From positions 128,001-192,000 of IMG/VR virus record IMGVR_UViG_3300045988_176431: a stretch of 64,000 bases of DNA. One strand, 5' to 3'. Below the pieces are notes generated by a model. The model was not told the origin of the DNA. It ran no database searches and saw nothing but the letters and a program-made list of their open reading frames with translations. Shown here one piece after another: positions 8,510-19,247 of this stretch (within the stretch, counting starts at the first letter, position 1; every line of letters begins with the position of its first letter). This DNA is from a virus. The position numbers were made by a program, and so were the translations under genes.

Positions 8510-11500
8510 TCAAACTTTTGTTTTTTCAGATTCTATTTCTGTTTCAATAAATTCATCATCATTTCCAGTCATATAAACATTCCATCTATCATGGTCATCT
8601 CCATGATAATAAACATCAGGGTCTAATAAAAGAACATGTGATGGATCTGGATGTTTAACTCCTTCATGAATTTGCTTTACAACATTAATTGCATAAGCAG
8701 TTTTTGTATTTCTAGTTTTCTCATAATCGAAAAGATAGAAATTATTTGTATTTTCATCTTGATATAAATCGAATGTATTATTTGCATTCGTTATTTCTGG
8801 TATATCCGGGTCATATTCTTCAATATGAATACCATCTTTTGAAATATAGTATTCATATCTTGCTACACTTTTTCTTCGAACTTGATAGAAGAATATCCCA
8901 TTAGTGTAACTCATCATAATTTGATTGTAATCTTTTATAGTATCAGTATTCCAATCATAGAAATTTAATCCATTTGTAGAATACATAACTTTATCAGAAA
9001 GTACAATATAAACCATATTTTCAATGGAATGAATCATATCAAATTGAACTTCTTCTGTACAGTTCGGGTAAATATTTAGTTGAGTAATATCATAAGTTTT
9101 ATCTACTAAGTAAATTGAATTTTCTTTCTTCGCATATACTTTATCGATATTATAAAAATATGGAGAATATACCAAGTTTTGATTAATTTCTTCATCTGTT
9201 AATACTTTTGAAATAACCCAATGTTTTCCATCTTGTGTTTCAGCAACTGCCCGATTTACTCGAATTGGATTATCATTTTTATACACATCACCAAAAACAG
9301 CAAGTCTATCTTCAAAAGATAAAACTGCTTCTGGGTATAAGTGATAACGATTTGATAATTTATCTTTTACCGTTATTTTTTTACGATACCAAGATTCTGC
9401 ATCTGTACTCATATAATAATATACTGAATACAATGAGAAGATATACCATTCTCCTTTATTATAAACAACCTTGATATCTTTATTATTTGTTTTTTCTTCA
9501 ATTCCAAAATCAGTAAATGTTAATTTCTTAGAAAGACCATTGAATCCGTTATTGATAAACATCTCAATTCTATCAGGACATCCATAAGAAACAAATCGTT
9601 TACCATTGATTTCTTCATTAAATATAATTGATTCATAATCTTCCGGTTCATCATTAACATTGATTAATTCTTCATAAAGATCTCTCATAATAATATCACA
9701 TTGATCAATCGTTACTTCATGTGAGTCATACCGATAGAAGAGTTTATAAATCAATGAGAAATTGTATCGAATATCATCATGAATGAAAGTTGTTAACTCA
9801 CCAACAGCTAATTTCTTAGGAAGAAGTCTATTATAATAGAATGCTTCAAAGAAATAAGTTTCAATACTTAAATCACGTTCATATTCTTCTGGCTCTTCAC
9901 AAATATGATTATCTGGTGTTTTTCCAGTAATGTCAGTGATTACTCGGTCACGAACTTCATCTTCCATAAAAATTTCATTTAATAAATCAGAAATTGTATA
10001 GTAATTCTTAGCATCACAACCATAATATTCCCAATCCCTATCTTTTTCATAGATTTCTAAGTTGTGAAGAGAATGTACACCAGCAAGTTTAAGTTCAAAA
10101 GGACCAACTGGATAAATGTTATTTCTGCTGATTCTTCGACCGTTTAAATATACTTCAAAATAGCGAATATCAAATGGTTTATCAATGTATCCACGTAAAT
10201 CAATAGTTAGAATATTTGGATTTAAATCATCATCCGTTTTATCATATTTTAATTCTCGTTGATAATAAACTAACTTATTACGATATGGTGTCACATCAAC
10301 TGCAATATCGCTTTCTTTTTTGATAATATCAAGTAACTGAACTCTAGGATATCCGTATCTAAATTGTCCTTCATTCAAAAGTAATTCATAACGATTCTTC
10401 GAAATCAAACGACCATCACGGAATACTCGAATATATTCATTACTTCCACTATCTTTCTTAAATACATAATTTGGATCATCACCAACCTTATCAAGAACTT
10501 CATCTGTTGTATAATATATGTAAGTATCTTGAATTGGATTAGGTTCTGGTTCATCTTTATACCCAAGCGAATTAAAATGATAATAAATAGAATAGTAATC
10601 ATCTCTACCATAATAATCACCAGTTATTTGATTTTCAAATCGGTCTATAAAAAGAGTTTGATTAGATAAAGCAATATCAAAGCATGGATAATTCGTATAC
10701 TCCATTTTTTTATGAATTAAAGAAGATTCTTTTTTCAAAGAAATCTCAATCTCTTTATCTAAGAAATCATCATCAAGGCAAGTAATTCTTACTTTTGAGA
10801 CATTTGCTAATAATACTCCGTTTGTCCGATCAAGTGAACTCTTTCCTTTAGCAACTTTATCATATGAAATATATGATTGATTTCTTTTAATTATCATTGC
10901 ATCATTTGTTTCATAAACCGATATTGGAACATAAAGATTTCCTTTTTCATCTCCATAATGAATCAAACGATATAATTCATCGATTGTAATATCTTTTTCT
11001 CGAATTCTTTGACCATTAAAAGTATAATAACTTCCATCTTCTAAATAATATCCCTGTCCAACATGTAAGAAATAAATCTTTCCATCTTCAATATTATAAT
11101 TACCACCATCTGCAATGATTTGATTTACTTCTTCTACTGTGTACTTTGTTTCTGAAAGTTTTTTACCTTTACTATCGTAATGATAGAAATAATCATAAGA
11201 ATAATCTTTTGCATAGTAATCCAAATCAGTTGGATTCTTATACACAATTGTTGTATATTGTCTTTGAATCAACCCTTCAGGTAAATCAATTTCGATCAAA
11301 GTTTCAATACATTCACCAGCACTATTAAAATGAACATAATATCGATTTACAACCAAGTTATTATTAATATCAAACTCATCTTTCATGACAGGAACATAGA
11401 TATCTTCAGTTGTCGGGTCAATTAATGTAGCATATAAATAAACTTTTTCTTCCCGTTTCACATAGGCTGTAATCATCTTTTCTGTGTCTACATAATAATT

Positions 11501-13990
11501 TTCTTTATCCGATAAGAATTCTACCTGAAAACTATTTTTATCATAATATTCGTTATCATTTAACGGGTTCTTAAAATATAAATCAGATAGACTTGGTTTA
11601 ATTAATTCATTATCCGGAAATTCTAAAATGACACTATCATTTTTTTCTGTAAATGTAATTGAATATTTTTTCGTGTATGTTGGAAACGTTTCTATTTCAA
11701 CAAATGAATCTTCATTAATTAATCTTGTCGGAATATAAATATAATCTTGATAATCATATGCTTTCTGATAGTATTCTGTACATAAGAAACCATCAATAAA
11801 GATTCGACAAGAGAAATAATTTGTATCCTGTAAGTGTTCGAAAATGAATAAGTAACATGATTCTGGTAATGAACCAATATTTTGTCCTTCATATTCTGTT
11901 CGTAAACGTTTTTCCATCTGTTCCTTATCAAAATAGAAATCATATTTAATTGATGTCTTATTTTGACAAAGCACATATTTTCTTAATGCTTCTGGGTCGT
12001 CTTTAATAAATTCTTTTAATTTACGAATACGATATTCAAAAGCAGTCATTGTATTTTCATAATGCTTATCAACTGGAAGAATACCAGTTTCATCAGTAGT
12101 TCCATCTTGATAAGTACCCATCATATAATCAATATCGTCATATACATAATTTACAATATCATGAAACACGATAGCATTAAATACAGTATAAAATTGATAA
12201 GCAATCAAGGTATGTTTTTCTTCATCTGTTAAATCACCACTTAAATATAAATCATTATCTTTTAATTGATTCAAATCACCAAAGAATAATTTATAAATGG
12301 AATTAATAGATTTGATTTCTACATCATCTAACATGATATAAGCATCCCTTGTTGTAATCATTTCTTTTAACTTCTCATCATCAATTGAGAATTGATTGTC
12401 TACATCTAAATCCCCAAAATAAATAGCATTGATAACTTTTTCAATACTTAAATTATTTTCTGGATTACGACACCATTTCTCATAAAGATAATAGTAGAAG
12501 AATTTATACATATTCTCATAATGAAGATCATATTCTGGATAATAGAAGAAATAAACACGGATTTTATCATTCGGTTCAATATTTCTTATTTTATATCTGG
12601 ATTTTATTTTAACTTTTCCATCATCAATTAACTTATCCAATTCTTCTACAGTAATATCTTCTGTAAGCATATACTGATCATCTTCATCATATTTTTTACC
12701 ATCACTTGTATAGTAATAGCCATTACTCAGAATATAAATAGTTTCCTGTTCATTTAATATCTGATAATTATTCGGATAATAACAAGAAACTTTTTCATTC
12801 GAAACAATCTCCCATTCTTTATATCCATCTTCCGTGATGTTATCTTCACTTACTTTAAAGATCATTAAGTCTTCTTTTGGAATTGGCATTCCGTAGTTTG
12901 TAAATTGATTATTTTTAAAAAGCATGAAAATATTAGAAGAAGCTTTCATCTCTTCATCAATCATTTTCTCTCTACAATCAATAAATTTACCAAGAGTACC
13001 ATTATATTTCTTTAAATAACGATAGAAAATAAATCGGATTGTAAAATTACCATTGTGATTTTTAATTTGTTCTTTTGTAGTTTCATCAAGGTCTAAGATT
13101 ATTTCATCTCCGTTTACAGTAACATCAATTAAGTTAGAACCTAATTGGTTATTACCAAAATATACAACTGCAAAATAAGAACCTTTATCTTCTGAATATA
13201 ATCCAAAATTGGAGAAATCACTTCCATAAATATCTCCATAATCCGCAATCAAAGAATTCTTTATATAAGTCATACTTAAACGACCAAATGGCTTTTTTTC
13301 ACCTGCTTGTAAGGTCATCATTCCCTGATTTGTTGACATCTCAAAGAAACCGATTTCTTTTTTTAATTTTATCTTATCAATATAATTTGTATTATTGATT
13401 ACTTGTAATACATAGTTATGACCAGCATAATAGTTTTCTTTATGAGTAATATCGTATTTCTTTTCTCTCATAAAGTATTCACCCAATGGTAGGATTGCTA
13501 CAAAATGGTCATCATATACTCTTACCTTAAAATCCCGTAAAACTTTATTATCAAAGATTAAAATAGGGATACGGTAAAAAAGCTCGTTATGAGAAATCAA
13601 ATCCATATAATCAATTTCTTTCCCATAAAAGTCAACATCGCTTTGTGATACACCATTAATATTATACATTTTTGGTGCACGATATTTTTCTCTCTTATCA
13701 ACAGGTATCAATTCTACATTAAAGTCAATACAAACTCTTCGTTTGTCATCAAAATACATATCACCGTATTCTGGACTATCAGCAATCACATTATTCTCAA
13801 AGAAGTTCTTCACAGTATTTCTTGTTGTATAAGAAAATTCTTCGTATTGAATAAGATTTTTTTGTAATCGATACAGATAGGAAAAAGAATTATCAAGAGT
13901 AGCTCTTAATCCAATATCTGTTGATTTATTATCAAAGGTATTATTAGTTAGAGCTTCTGTTAAAAACTCTTTCGTTGGTTTTAACACCAT
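8510..13990 (-). CDS. giant structural protein (1826 aa), function unknown
   Basis: Uninterrupted 5.5-kb ORF. SD ggaaggtga and promoter motif upstream. Contains internal repeated modules. Confidence 0.8.
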   Translation of the reverse strand: MVLKPTKEFLTEALTNNTFDNKSTDIGLRATLDNSFSYLYRLQKNLIQYEEFSYTTRNTVKNFFENNVIADSPEYGDMYFDDKRRVCIDFNVELIPVDKREKYRAPKMYNINGVSQSDVDFYGKEIDYMDLISHNELFYRIPILIFDNKVLRDFKVRVYDDHFVAILPLGEYFMREKKYDITHKENYYAGHNYVLQVINNTNYIDKIKLKKEIGFFEMSTNQGMMTLQAGEKKPFGRLSMTYIKNSLIADYGDIYGSDFSNFGLYSEDKGSYFAVVYFGNNQLGSNLIDVTVNGDEIILDLDETTKEQIKNHNGNFTIRFIFYRYLKKYNGTLGKFIDCREKMIDEEMKASSNIFMLFKNNQFTNYGMPIPKEDLMIFKVSEDNITEDGYKEWEIVSNEKVSCYYPNNYQILNEQETIYILSNGYYYTSDGKKYDEDDQYMLTEDITVEELDKLIDDGKVKIKSRYKIRNIEPNDKIRVYFFYYPEYDLHYENMYKFFYYYLYEKWCRNPENNLSIEKVINAIYFGDLDVDNQFSIDDEKLKEMITTRDAYIMLDDVEIKSINSIYKLFFGDLNQLKDNDLYLSGDLTDEEKHTLIAYQFYTVFNAIVFHDIVNYVYDDIDYMMGTYQDGTTDETGILPVDKHYENTMTAFEYRIRKLKEFIKDDPEALRKYVLCQNKTSIKYDFYFDKEQMEKRLRTEYEGQNIGSLPESCYLFIFEHLQDTNYFSCRIFIDGFLCTEYYQKAYDYQDYIYIPTRLINEDSFVEIETFPTYTKKYSITFTEKNDSVILEFPDNELIKPSLSDLYFKNPLNDNEYYDKNSFQVEFLSDKENYYVDTEKMITAYVKREEKVYLYATLIDPTTEDIYVPVMKDEFDINNNLVVNRYYVHFNSAGECIETLIEIDLPEGLIQRQYTTIVYKNPTDLDYYAKDYSYDYFYHYDSKGKKLSETKYTVEEVNQIIADGGNYNIEDGKIYFLHVGQGYYLEDGSYYTFNGQRIREKDITIDELYRLIHYGDEKGNLYVPISVYETNDAMIIKRNQSYISYDKVAKGKSSLDRTNGVLLANVSKVRITCLDDDFLDKEIEISLKKESSLIHKKMEYTNYPCFDIALSNQTLFIDRFENQITGDYYGRDDYYSIYYHFNSLGYKDEPEPNPIQDTYIYYTTDEVLDKVGDDPNYVFKKDSGSNEYIRVFRDGRLISKNRYELLLNEGQFRYGYPRVQLLDIIKKESDIAVDVTPYRNKLVYYQRELKYDKTDDDLNPNILTIDLRGYIDKPFDIRYFEVYLNGRRISRNNIYPVGPFELKLAGVHSLHNLEIYEKDRDWEYYGCDAKNYYTISDLLNEIFMEDEVRDRVITDITGKTPDNHICEEPEEYERDLSIETYFFEAFYYNRLLPKKLAVGELTTFIHDDIRYNFSLIYKLFYRYDSHEVTIDQCDIIMRDLYEELINVNDEPEDYESIIFNEEINGKRFVSYGCPDRIEMFINNGFNGLSKKLTFTDFGIEEKTNNKDIKVVYNKGEWYIFSLYSVYYYMSTDAESWYRKKITVKDKLSNRYHLYPEAVLSFEDRLAVFGDVYKNDNPIRVNRAVAETQDGKHWVISKVLTDEEINQNLVYSPYFYNIDKVYAKKENSIYLVDKTYDITQLNIYPNCTEEVQFDMIHSIENMVYIVLSDKVMYSTNGLNFYDWNTDTIKDYNQIMMSYTNGIFFYQVRRKSVARYEYYISKDGIHIEEYDPDIPEITNANNTFDLYQDENTNNFYLFDYEKTRNTKTAYAINVVKQIHEGVKHPDPSHVLLLDPDVYYHGDDHDRWNVYMTGNDDEFIETEIESEKTKV

Positions 13991-14021
13991 CCGAATCTCA
14001 CCTTCCTTTCCTAATTTTTTA

Positions 14022-14039
14022 ATTATACTAATGTTTTTT
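14022..14039 (-). promoter_or_regulatory. A-tract/ACA promoter-like motif
   Basis: AAAAAACATTAGTATAAT, 42 nt upstream of ATG 13990. Confidence 0.6.
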
Positions 14040-14120
14040 GGGATAAAATATATGAAATTTGAAAGAATACAATTGAATCAACTCTTATATAAAAAGACAT
14101 ATATGAAAGGAGTAAACTAC

Positions 14121-14405
14121 ATGTTTGCTGAAAATGAAATACTAATTTATAAATCAATTATTAAAGAAATTAAAGAATTATGGTGGGCTTGTAATTTAAA
14201 AGAACAAGCAAAAGTTCTTAGTAATAAATTACATCCTTGGTTAATAAGAAATCTAAATGCTGAGAATTTAGATAAACAGATAGAACATTTAAATAATTTG
14301 AATTTAGGTATAATATTAAAACCGGAAAATTCATTTATTGTTTTATATATTAAAACTCGAAATATGAGATATTATCAGATTGATGAGTTTTTATTAAATT
14401 TGTAA
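14121..14405 (+). CDS. hypothetical protein
   Basis: ATG 14121 behind SD aaaggagta; the track start at 14031 lacks an SD. Confidence 0.5.
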   Translation: MFAENEILIYKSIIKEIKELWWACNLKEQAKVLSNKLHPWLIRNLNAENLDKQIEHLNNLNLGIILKPENSFIVLYIKTRNMRYYQIDEFLLNL

Positions 14406-14447
14406 GCCAGTTATGTTTTTGCGTAACCTCTTATTTTATTTTTTGGG

Positions 14448-14482
14448 TTGACCTAGTGAAGATTTATACTTCACTAGGTCAA
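14448..14482 (+). terminator. intrinsic terminator
   Basis: Stem ttgacctagtgaa / ttcactaggtcaa. Confidence 0.55.
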
Positions 14483-14503
14483 TTTACCGTTATATTTTAT
14501 TAT

Positions 14504-14521
14504 AAAAAACAGTAATTTAAG
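14504..14521 (+). promoter_or_regulatory. A-tract/ACA promoter-like motif
   Basis: AAAAAACAGTAATTTAAG, 37 nt upstream of ATG 14548. Confidence 0.6.
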
Positions 14522-14547
14522 AATTTTAAAGAAAGTTGGTGAATAAA

Positions 14548-15504
14548 ATGTCAGAATATATGACAGAGGCTAGTTTATCAGATTCTATGATATATAACCA
14601 ATTAAATCGTACGTCAAATGTATCCAGTACAGTAGTACGAGCATTAAGAACTGGTGTAAAATTAGACCGTTCTTATATTGAAGAGCAATATATTCAAGCA
14701 AAGAGAAGTAGAATTTCACCATTAGTAGATGATGTCTTGGAGGCTTTCGATAATGGAGAAATTGTTCTTATTTATAATAAACAAGTAAAAGTATCCATAG
14801 CAATTCCATTTATTGTTATGAATTCAGGAGGAAAGACTTGTTCCTATATCTTCATTTCAGATTTCTCAGGCATTACAAAAGATGGTGAAGCACTTACGGT
14901 TGAAATGAAGAAATTATATGTATTGATGGAATCTGCTTATATTGGAAAGATATTCTATACTTATCCGAATAAGTTTAAAAAGAGTGGTGCTCTCTTAAAA
15001 GTAACTGCTAACATTTATGCGTCGATGGGAATGAGAATCTTTAATAAAGAATTTGCTTTATCATTAGATAAAGACATCTATGATAAAGTTAATTATTCAA
15101 TGGCTCGATTCTTTTTAGAGAATATGATGGAAATTAAAAATACTCAAGTATCTCATGCTTATGCAAGTGCTTGTTGCTTAAATCCATCAAATATGACAAT
15201 TAAGGGAGTAGAAGATGAATATACAGCTGCTAATATCACAAAAGTTGATGAATTGATTAAATTTGTATCATCCATTAGTCCAAAGATGACAAAATTAAAT
15301 TTCCGTTATTTCTTTGAACGATGGATTTCAACTTATGGAACAAGTGCATGTTTATCAGTAGATGCTGTTCCATATTTATATTTAGTCATTATCAATGTAT
15401 TATTAGGAGCATTTCTTGTAAATACAACAACTCTTAATGATATGATTAAGAATACAAAACAAATTAATCTTTTTTATCCAGAGATTAAAAAGACTATTAT
15501 ATAG
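14548..15504 (+). CDS. hypothetical (late, probably virion) protein
   Basis: ATG 14548 behind SD ggtga. Promoter motif 37 nt upstream. Confidence 0.65.
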   Translation: MSEYMTEASLSDSMIYNQLNRTSNVSSTVVRALRTGVKLDRSYIEEQYIQAKRSRISPLVDDVLEAFDNGEIVLIYNKQVKVSIAIPFIVMNSGGKTCSYIFISDFSGITKDGEALTVEMKKLYVLMESAYIGKIFYTYPNKFKKSGALLKVTANIYASMGMRIFNKEFALSLDKDIYDKVNYSMARFFLENMMEIKNTQVSHAYASACCLNPSNMTIKGVEDEYTAANITKVDELIKFVSSISPKMTKLNFRYFFERWISTYGTSACLSVDAVPYLYLVIINVLLGAFLVNTTTLNDMIKNTKQINLFYPEIKKTII

Positions 15505-15520
15505 AAAGGAGTAAATATTT

Positions 15521-16234
15521 ATGAAGTGTAAAAACGGTTTTATTACAATAAAAGATCCTTTAACAAAAAGACAAGTTCCTTTTTTTTTAAAATTCCGCTC
15601 ACAAGATGTTGTAGTAACAGATGCAGTTGATATTGAAGAGTATATGGTTAAAACCAGTGGATTATATGACTTAAAAAATTCAAAGCATGTAAATGAATAT
15701 TCTATGTATCATTATACTGCAGATGTTCATACAGATGGTGGTATGTATAATACAGAAAGTGTTTTTGGTAATCACTTAGTTTCCGATGTAACATATCTTT
15801 TTTATAAAGATGGACGATTAGAAATTTATGGTAATGCAAGAACAAAAGTTGCCAGTATTAAAGATCCGTTGACACATTCTTATCCAAGCATTTCAGGTGT
15901 TCGTATTCCTCTTCCTTATGGATTTACAAATGAATGGGAAAATAAACATGTTTCAAAGAATCTTGGTGTTAAAATGAATTATACAGAACTTTATAATGTG
16001 TTATACCATCCAGTTTATATAGACTCAGGAGATGATGCTAAAATTGAACATTATGATGGTGTATCAGACTCAGTTAACTCAGCTTTCTTAGGAAAGTATA
16101 AAGTAACAAATGCAAACTTGAATCCACCAGATAACAGTACAGTACGTTACATGATAGAATCTATGATGTTAGGTAAACCAACAGGTAATAATTGCGTTGA
16201 TTTATCCTTTAACATACGTACAACTTTCCGATAA
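15521..16234 (+). CDS. hypothetical protein
   Basis: SD aaaggagta upstream; 237-aa ORF. Confidence 0.65.
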   Translation: MKCKNGFITIKDPLTKRQVPFFLKFRSQDVVVTDAVDIEEYMVKTSGLYDLKNSKHVNEYSMYHYTADVHTDGGMYNTESVFGNHLVSDVTYLFYKDGRLEIYGNARTKVASIKDPLTHSYPSISGVRIPLPYGFTNEWENKHVSKNLGVKMNYTELYNVLYHPVYIDSGDDAKIEHYDGVSDSVNSAFLGKYKVTNANLNPPDNSTVRYMIESMMLGKPTGNNCVDLSFNIRTTFR

Positions 16235-16237
16235 AAA

Positions 16238-16275
16238 AAGAAGACAATGTAGAATTTCTACATTGTCTTCTTTAT
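16238..16275. terminator. bidirectional terminator
   Basis: Stem gaagacaatgtag / ctacattgtcttc between convergent genes. Confidence 0.7.
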
Positions 16276-16281
16276 TGTCCT

Positions 16282-17232
16282 TTAAATATACTCAACAGGA
16301 TATTTTCTACTATATTTATCTGTTGCTATATTTGTACTTCGGTTAATGTTAATTCCTTCTACTTTCGGTAATGGGTAATCTGGAATTACTTCATCATTGC
16401 TGTTTCTTGCTTCAAAATATACTTCGCCTGTTGATTGTTCTTCGATTGCATAAACAGTAACATCTTCTTTTTCATACTTAAGGTATTTATCAACCTCTTC
16501 ATTATTTTGAATATCGAGATTTTCTGAAATATCTTCAAAAAGGTCATCACTGTCACCATCTTCTACAATATCATATTCACCACCCATAATATTGGTGCGT
16601 CCCTCATTCAACATCTGTTTTAAGAATTTTGCAGAATATAAGTTCATATCTTCAATGTCACCATCTACAGATTTCATTTCTTTCTTTTCTTTCATAGAAA
16701 GATCTGCAATTGTTTTCTTTGTTGAAATTAAATTATTGATGATTTGCATGGATACACTACGACCGCTATTAATAGAAGCAATTAAATCTGTAGTAAATTT
16801 ACCAACACCTTTTGCTGCTGATTTATTTACTTCCATTAAGTTATATTTTTTCTGCAAGTCTTCTACAAATCGATTCTGATCAATTAAAAGATTTTTAAGA
16901 ATTGCTGTTTCATTTTCAAATTCTTTATTGTAATCTGTTAATTCACCATCTTTTTTCTTTTTCTTTTTTTTCTTCTTTTTACCATCTTCTGAATAATAAT
17001 CAAAGATACTAGTTTTTCGTTTCCCTTTTCTCTTTATTGGTTCTACTTTAAACGAAGAAATGGTAGATAACCACTCGTCTTCAGCTTCTTGTTCCAAGCG
17101 AGCTTTCTCTGCTTCTTTTTCTTTATCTTTTTTCTTTCCCTCTTTTACTGGTCGATTGGAAGATATAATCGAAGCAGGCTCCATATCTAATTCATCTAAT
17201 TCTGCAAGAATTAATTTTTTTTTCTTACCCAT
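16282..17232 (-). CDS. Lys/Glu-rich hypothetical protein
   Basis: 316-aa ORF with SD aaggaaggtga. Contains a KKKKKKKKKKK run. Confidence 0.65.
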   Translation of the reverse strand: MGKKKKLILAELDELDMEPASIISSNRPVKEGKKKDKEKEAEKARLEQEAEDEWLSTISSFKVEPIKRKGKRKTSIFDYYSEDGKKKKKKKKKKDGELTDYNKEFENETAILKNLLIDQNRFVEDLQKKYNLMEVNKSAAKGVGKFTTDLIASINSGRSVSMQIINNLISTKKTIADLSMKEKKEMKSVDGDIEDMNLYSAKFLKQMLNEGRTNIMGGEYDIVEDGDSDDLFEDISENLDIQNNEEVDKYLKYEKEDVTVYAIEEQSTGEVYFEARNSNDEVIPDYPLPKVEGININRSTNIATDKYSRKYPVEYI

Positions 17233-17260
17233 CTAAGTTCACCTTCCTTTTTTACTTTTT

Positions 17261-17277
17261 ATATCTGTGTTTTTTTA
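17261..17277 (-). promoter_or_regulatory. A-tract/ACA promoter-like motif
   Basis: AAAAAAACACAGATAT, 37 nt upstream of ATG 17232. Confidence 0.5.
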
Positions 17278-17360
17278 ATGACTTTCTATGTATTGACAGT
17301 ATCTATATTTCTATAATATTTTTGACAAATCCTTAACGTAAAAATAGTGAGGTGAATAAA

Positions 17361-19247
17361 ATGATTGACTTTAATAATGATCATACATTACTGATTGATG
17401 TTCAGTATGTAAATGGAAATAAAAAAGAAAAACAACCGGATATGTTATATGTCATTTGGAAAGATACAAGAAAAAATGAAAAACATCTGGAAATTATCCC
17501 AGAACCTAAAATGACAATATATTTTGAAAAAGAAGAATTTAGAAATCATGATTATAATTTAAATTATCAAGAAAAAAAGAAAATGGTTCCTCTTACCTGT
17601 AAATATAAAGATATTAAATTTGCAATCGCAAATGAAATGGGTGAACCAGGAAAAAGATTTTTAGAGAATGTATTCTCAACAAAACGATATGGTGATTTAA
17701 GAGAATTAAATCGATATCCATTCGTGTTTGGACATGATTTTGATATTCGTACTTATTATCGATATCATTGGAGTAAATCCTGTCCAGAACCAAAAGAAAA
17801 GAAATTTAGTATTGGATTTTTGGATATCGAGACAGATTCTTTCGATATTGAAGGGTTCACAGATTCTGCAACTTGTCCAGTAGACTTGGTAACAATTATT
17901 GATTCAGAACATATGAAATCATATACATTAGCACTTACTGGACAAATTTATGAAGAGAAAGATTTTTCTCATATTCCAGATAGTGACCCAAATAAAAAAA
18001 GATTAATTGAAGAGGAACATGAAAGAAAAAAATGGCACGATTACAGAAATCAACAAGAAGATGAGTTGATTAATAACTTAGATAAATTAAAAGATGAACT
18101 TCATGAGATGTTTGATGAAACTTATGGAGAATTAGAATATAATTTTTATTTTTATAAGAGTGAAAAGAAGTTATTGATTCATTTATTTCAGTTGATTAAT
18201 CAATTAAAACTTGATTTTATGTTAATTTGGAATATGTCATTCGATATTCCTTATCTTATTGATCGAATGATGATCAATGGATTAGACCCAAAAGAAATTA
18301 TGTGTCATCCAGATTTTCCAGTTAAAGAGTGCCGCTTTAATAAAGATACGAGAAATTTTGAAGTTAAAAATAAATCCGATAACTTCCAATTAAGTTCTTA
18401 TACTATTTTTTATGACCAAATGATTCTATATGCAGCAATTCGTAAAGGACAAGAAGAACTTCGTTCTCATAAATTGAATTATATTGGTGAACGTGAAGTA
18501 GGTGATAAAAAATTAGATTACTCGGAAGAAGGAAATATCAAAAAACTTCCTTATGTGAATTATTGGAAATATGTTATTTACAATATTAAGGACGTTCTTC
18601 TTCAGATGGGAATTGAAAGAGCGACAGATGATATTAGTACTCTTTATGTAACATCTTATGAAAACTTAACTAGTTACAAAGATGTATTTAAACAAACCGT
18701 TGTACTTCGTAATGTACAATATAAATCTTTCTTATCAAAAGGATTGGTGCCAGGTGCAAATATTAACCAATTGGATATATTCTCAAATAAAAATAAGAAT
18801 ACTTTTGATGATGGTGAAAAAGAGGATGATGATGGAGTAAACTTTGAGGGTGCTCTTGTAGGTAATCCTTTATTAATTAACAAATTTGGGTCTGAGATTT
18901 ATGGAAAAAAGACAAATTATTTGTTTGATTTCTCAATTGATATGGATATGTCAGCATTTTATCCAAATACAATTCATGTATTAAATATTGATGCATCTAC
19001 CTTAATATTCAAAGCAATTGTTGACCCGAGACAATATGATGTAAGAGGTGGAAAAATTCCTTTTAAAGGAATTACTGATGTCCAATTAGTAAAAGAAAAT
19101 GATGATAGTTTTAAGGATGATATTGGTGGAGAAATCTTTGATAACTTCCACTCTAAGAATTATCTATCCTTAGGATATAAATTTTTAAATTTACCATCAG
19201 CAGAAGAAATGCAAAAAATATTAGAAAATGAGGTAGATAAAGGATGA
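17361..19247 (+). CDS. family-B DNA polymerase, N-terminal fragment (exonuclease domain plus motif A)
   Basis: ExoI 'FLDIETDS', ExoII 'NMSFDIPYL', ExoIII 'YNIKDVLL', motif A 'DMDMSAFYPNTI'. Motif B (KxxxNSxYG) and motif C (YGDTDS) are absent before the stop. ATG 17361 behind SD gaggtga. Confidence 0.8.
   Translation: MIDFNNDHTLLIDVQYVNGNKKEKQPDMLYVIWKDTRKNEKHLEIIPEPKMTIYFEKEEFRNHDYNLNYQEKKKMVPLTCKYKDIKFAIANEMGEPGKRFLENVFSTKRYGDLRELNRYPFVFGHDFDIRTYYRYHWSKSCPEPKEKKFSIGFLDIETDSFDIEGFTDSATCPVDLVTIIDSEHMKSYTLALTGQIYEEKDFSHIPDSDPNKKRLIEEEHERKKWHDYRNQQEDELINNLDKLKDELHEMFDETYGELEYNFYFYKSEKKLLIHLFQLINQLKLDFMLIWNMSFDIPYLIDRMMINGLDPKEIMCHPDFPVKECRFNKDTRNFEVKNKSDNFQLSSYTIFYDQMILYAAIRKGQEELRSHKLNYIGEREVGDKKLDYSEEGNIKKLPYVNYWKYVIYNIKDVLLQMGIERATDDISTLYVTSYENLTSYKDVFKQTVVLRNVQYKSFLSKGLVPGANINQLDIFSNKNKNTFDDGEKEDDDGVNFEGALVGNPLLINKFGSEIYGKKTNYLFDFSIDMDMSAFYPNTIHVLNIDASTLIFKAIVDPRQYDVRGGKIPFKGITDVQLVKENDDSFKDDIGGEIFDNFHSKNYLSLGYKFLNLPSAEEMQKILENEVDKG

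Noticed and set aside
16950-16985. The poly-Lys-encoding T/C homopolymer-rich tract as a slippage-based phase-variation site.
   Set aside because: The longest pure run is only about 8 nt and is interrupted by C. The frame is intact and there is no alternative frame of interest. Not compelling without population data.
17293-17317. Sigma70-like promoter (TTGACA ... TATAAT) in front of the polymerase gene.
   Set aside because: The spacer is only 13 nt between TTGACA (17293-17298) and TATAAT (17312-17317). A second TTGACA at 17322 has no acceptable -10. This is too weak to call in 70% AT DNA.
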